A stretch of 63,675 nt of DNA, the filler included. It is 6 parts of 6 records of this genome, joined end to end, with 100 filler letters (N's around TTAATTAATTAA, not from the genome) between each part and the next. Parts side by side here need not be neighbours in the genome. Positions count along the whole stretch, not along the records: positions 58,676 to 63,675 come from DRR723986_14214; 5 more parts are not named here. One strand, 5' to 3'. Numbering within the stretch: the first letter of the stretch is position 1; each line of letters starts with the position of its first letter. This document shows, in pieces, positions 60,648-63,675 of the stretch. The translations under genes were made by a program, and so were the position numbers. A model generated the notes under the pieces. It worked only from the letters and a program-made list of their open reading frames with translations. It was not told where the DNA came from and made no database searches.

Positions 60648-62189
60648 ATGGCAATACAGCAGGTACATCACGCTGACACTTCATCATCAAAGGTGCTCGG
60701 ACAGCTACGCGGCAAGCGGGTTCTGATCACCGGTACCACCGGCTTTCTGGGCAAGGTGGTCCTCGAAAAGCTGATTCGGGCGGTGCCTGATATTGGCGCT
60801 ATTTACCTGCTGATCCGGGGCAATAAACGGCACCCGGATGCTCGTTCCCGTTTCCTGGAAGAAATTGCCACGTCCTCGGTGTTTGACCGTCTTCGCGAGG
60901 CCGATTCAGAGGCATTTGACGCCTTTCTGGAAGAGCGCATTCACTGCGTGACCGGTGAGGTGACCGAAGCGGGTTTCGGGATAGGGCAGGAAGACTATCG
61001 CAAACTCGCCACCGAACTGGATGCGGTGATCAACTCCGCCGCGAGCGTGAATTTCCGTGAAGAGCTCGACAAGGCTCTGGCCATCAACACCCTGTGCCTT
61101 CGGAATATTGCCGGCCTGGTGGATTTGAACCCGAAGCTTGCGGTCTTGCAGGTCTCCACTTGCTATGTCAATGGCATGAATTCGGGGCAGGTCACCGAAT
61201 CGGTGATCAAGCCGGCAGGCGAGGCCGTGCCGCGTTCCCCGGACGGCTACTATGAGATAGAAGAGCTCGTTCGCCTGCTGCAGGATAAAATTGAAGACGT
61301 TCAGGCCCGTTATTCCGGCAAGGTGCTGGAGAAGAAGTTGGTGGACCTGGGAATTCGGGAAGCCAACCGCTATGGCTGGAGCGATACCTACACCTTTACC
61401 AAGTGGCTGGGCGAACAGTTGCTGATGAAGGCGTTAAGCGGGCGCACCCTGACCATTCTGCGTCCTTCGATTATCGAAAGTGCCCTGGAGGAGCCGGCAC
61501 CCGGCTGGATTGAGGGGGTGAAGGTGGCAGATGCCATCATCCTGGCTTACGCACGGGAAAAAGTGACCCTGTTCCCGGGCAAACGCTCCGGTATCATCGA
61601 TGTGATTCCAGTGGACCTGGTGGCCAACTCCATCATCCTTTCCCTGGCGGAAGCTCTTGGAGAACCCGGTCGGCGCCGCATCTATCAGTGTTGCAGCGGG
61701 GGCGGCAATCCAATCTCCCTGGGTGAGTTCATCGACCATCTCATGGCGGAATCAAAAGCCAATTACGCTGCCTACGATCACCTGTTCTACCGGCAGCCCA
61801 GCAAGCCGTTTCTGGCGGTTAACCGGGCGCTGTTTGATTTGGTGATCAGTGGTGTTCGCTTACCGCTCTCCCTGACGGACCGTGTGCTCAAATTACTGGG
61901 AAATTCCCGGGACCTGAAAATGCTCAGGAACCTGGATACCACCCAGTCGCTGGCAACCATTTTTGGTTTCTACACCGCGCCGGATTATATCTTCCGCAAC
62001 GATGAGCTGATGGCGCTGGCGAACCGGATGGGTGAGGTCGATAAAGGGCTGTTCCCGGTGGATGCCCGCCTCATTGACTGGGAACTCTACCTGCGCAAGA
62101 TTCACCTGGCCGGGCTCAATCGCTATGCCCTGAAAGAACGAAAGGTGTACAGCCTGAAAACCGCGCGCCAGCGTAAAAAAGCAGCCTGA
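60648..62189 (+). CDS. farA: Fatty acyl-CoA reductase, alcohol-forming (Marinobacter FarA/Maqu_2220 type)
   Basis: TGTTGFLGKVVLEKL, VSTCYV, YTFTKW.GE, RPSIIESA, DVIPVD.VAN; AGGAG RBS; sequence recognised as the Marinobacter enzyme. Confidence 0.93.
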   Translation: MAIQQVHHADTSSSKVLGQLRGKRVLITGTTGFLGKVVLEKLIRAVPDIGAIYLLIRGNKRHPDARSRFLEEIATSSVFDRLREADSEAFDAFLEERIHCVTGEVTEAGFGIGQEDYRKLATELDAVINSAASVNFREELDKALAINTLCLRNIAGLVDLNPKLAVLQVSTCYVNGMNSGQVTESVIKPAGEAVPRSPDGYYEIEELVRLLQDKIEDVQARYSGKVLEKKLVDLGIREANRYGWSDTYTFTKWLGEQLLMKALSGRTLTILRPSIIESALEEPAPGWIEGVKVADAIILAYAREKVTLFPGKRSGIIDVIPVDLVANSIILSLAEALGEPGRRRIYQCCSGGGNPISLGEFIDHLMAESKANYAAYDHLFYRQPSKPFLAVNRALFDLVISGVRLPLSLTDRVLKLLGNSRDLKMLRNLDTTQSLATIFGFYTAPDYIFRNDELMALANRMGEVDKGLFPVDARLIDWELYLRKIHLAGLNRYALKERKVYSLKTARQRKKAA

Positions 62190-62198
62190 AAAACGTCG

Positions 62199-62232
62199 CC
62201 GGGGCAGGAAAGCGCTTCTGCCCCGGTTTCTT
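62199..62232 (+). terminator. Intrinsic terminator after the reductase gene
   Basis: CCGGGGCAGGA-AAGCGC-TTCTGCCCCGG followed by TTTCTT. Confidence 0.75.
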
Positions 62233-62487
62233 CCTTCTGTTTTGGCCATTTCCTGCGGGCAAACTATCCTTGAGAGTATTACCTGGTAGTGGCCCGTCCC
62301 TGCCCTTATCGCTGCATTTCTGAGCAGGTTGCCCCTAATTGCCGGGCATCTTAGGACGTTAGTCTAATTCATTGTGCGGTGGCACACATGTTGAACTACA
62401 GGCATCTGTCTTGCGGGCGAAAAACGCCCGACCACCCTGAATTTAAAAACCGACAATGACAACAGACTCAGATCAAGGGGGAGCACA

Positions 62488-63675
62488 ATGACTGACAAGC
62501 AGGTATATCCGGTAAGTCCGGAGGTCGCCGAGCGCGCACTGGTCAGCAAATCGCAATATGAGGAAATGTATCGCCAGTCCGTAGAGGACCCGAATACCTT
62601 CTGGGGCGAGCATGGCAAGCGTATTGACTGGATCAAGCCGTTCACCAAGGTCAAGAACAGTACCTACGATTACAATAACTTGTCCATCAAATGGTTCGAG
62701 GACGGTGTCCTGAACGCCTCGGCCAATTGCCTGGACCGTCACCTGGAACAGCGGGGCGATCAGACCGCGATCATCTTTGAGGGGGACGATCCCTCGGTAT
62801 CCCGGAATGTCACCTACCGGGAGCTCTACGAAGAGACCTGTAAGTTTGCCAACGTGCTCAAGGATCAGGGCGTCAAGAAGGGTGATGTGGTTACCATCTA
62901 CATGCCCATGATTGTTGAAACTGCCGTTGCCATGCTGGCCTGCGCACGTATTGGTGCGATCCACTCTGTGGTGTTTGGTGGCTTCTCTCCGGAAGCTCTG
63001 GCCGCACGGATTGTGAACGGCGAATCCCGTTTCGTGATTACCGCAGATGAAGGTCTGCGTGGTGGCCGTGCCATCCCGCTGAAGAAGAACGTGGATTCCG
63101 CCCTCAAGCATGAGGACGACGCCAAGGTCGACAAGGTGATCGTGGTGTCTCGCACCGGTAACGATCAGGTGCCCTGGACCGAAGGGCGCGACCTGCGTTA
63201 CGAAGACCTGATGAAGAACGCCTCGGCCGAATGCCAGCCAGAGCCAATGAATGCGGAAGACCCGCTGTTCATGCTGTACACCTCGGGCTCTACCGGTGCG
63301 CCGAAAGGCGTTCTGCATACCACCGGTGGCTACATGGTCTATGCCTCCATGACCCACCAGTACGTGTTTGACTATCACGATGGTGATGTTTACTGGTGTA
63401 CCGCTGACTTTGGTTGGGTAACCGGCCACAGCTACATTCTCTATGGCCCGCTGGCAAACGGCGCCATCACCCTGCTGTTCGAGGGCGTGCCCAACTATCC
63501 GGACAATTCGCGTATGGGGCAGGTGGTCGACAAGCACAAGGTCAACATCCTGTATACTGCGCCGACCGCTATCCGCGCACTGATGGCGCAGGGTGAGTCC
63601 TGCATGGACGGCACCACCCGCGGCAGCCTGAAGCTGTTGGGCTCTGTGGGTGAGCCGATCAACCCGGAAGCCTGG
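62488..63675 (+). CDS. acs: Acetyl-CoA synthetase (3' truncated; not in ORF track)
   Basis: [19 protein letters not shown]...; [47 protein letters not shown]. Confidence 0.96.
   Translation, partial: MTDKQVYPVSPEVAERALVSKSQYEEMYRQSVEDPNTFWGEHGKRIDWIKPFTKVKNSTYDYNNLSIKWFEDGVLNASANCLDRHLEQRGDQTAIIFEGDDPSVSRNVTYRELYEETCKFANVLKDQGVKKGDVVTIYMPMIVETAVAMLACARIGAIHSVVFGGFSPEALAARIVNGESRFVITADEGLRGGRAIPLKKNVDSALKHEDDAKVDKVIVVSRTGNDQVPWTEGRDLRYEDLMKNASAECQPEPMNAEDPLFMLYTSGSTGAPKGVLHTTGGYMVYASMTHQYVFDYHDGDVYWCTADFGWVTGHSYILYGPLANGAITLLFEGVPNYPDNSRMGQVVDKHKVNILYTAPTAIRALMAQGESCMDGTTRGSLKLLGSVGEPINPEAW

Noticed and set aside
62473-63537. 354-aa minus-strand ORF
   Set aside because: Antisense to acs, which the ORF track missed because it runs off the window.

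Overview
This window is not one locus. It joins six unrelated contigs with 100-nt artificial linkers (44 N + TTAATTAATTAA + 44 N); the taxon labels below are my inference from gene content. (1) 1-26237, gammaproteobacterium (Halieaceae-like): an AT-rich pair of beta-propeller/Y_Y_Y sensors (one intact hybrid kinase, one with a degenerate kinase core), a degenerate ApbE-like gene, lipid-catabolic genes including aceK, then cnoX/ybbN, dapB, dnaJ and partial dnaK. (2) 26338-38462, Hyphomicrobiales (Roseibium-like): an accessory block between rpsB and dnaE carrying VOC, cupin, MocR, allophanate hydrolase, a peptide-type ABC transporter and LysR. (3) 38563-45113: a MoxR-DUF58-BatA/DUF4159 operon with an alphaproteobacterial palindromic repeat. 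(4) 45214-51721, lineage unclear: lnt plus a 1271-aa pseudokinase-ATPase-TPR-pseudo-sigma54-activator-HTH protein. (5) 51822-58575, Roseobacter group: rpsR end, rplI, an RTX protein, a transglycosylase, aqpZ, XRE-luxR-luxI and partial tig. (6) 58676-63675, Marinobacter: an HDOD gene start, a MinD/FlhG-like ATPase, fatty acyl-CoA reductase and partial acs. The best candidates for undescribed biology are two pseudoenzyme-rich signalling modules, at 197-8836 and 45508-50970. All calls come from reading motifs by eye; no database searches were run.
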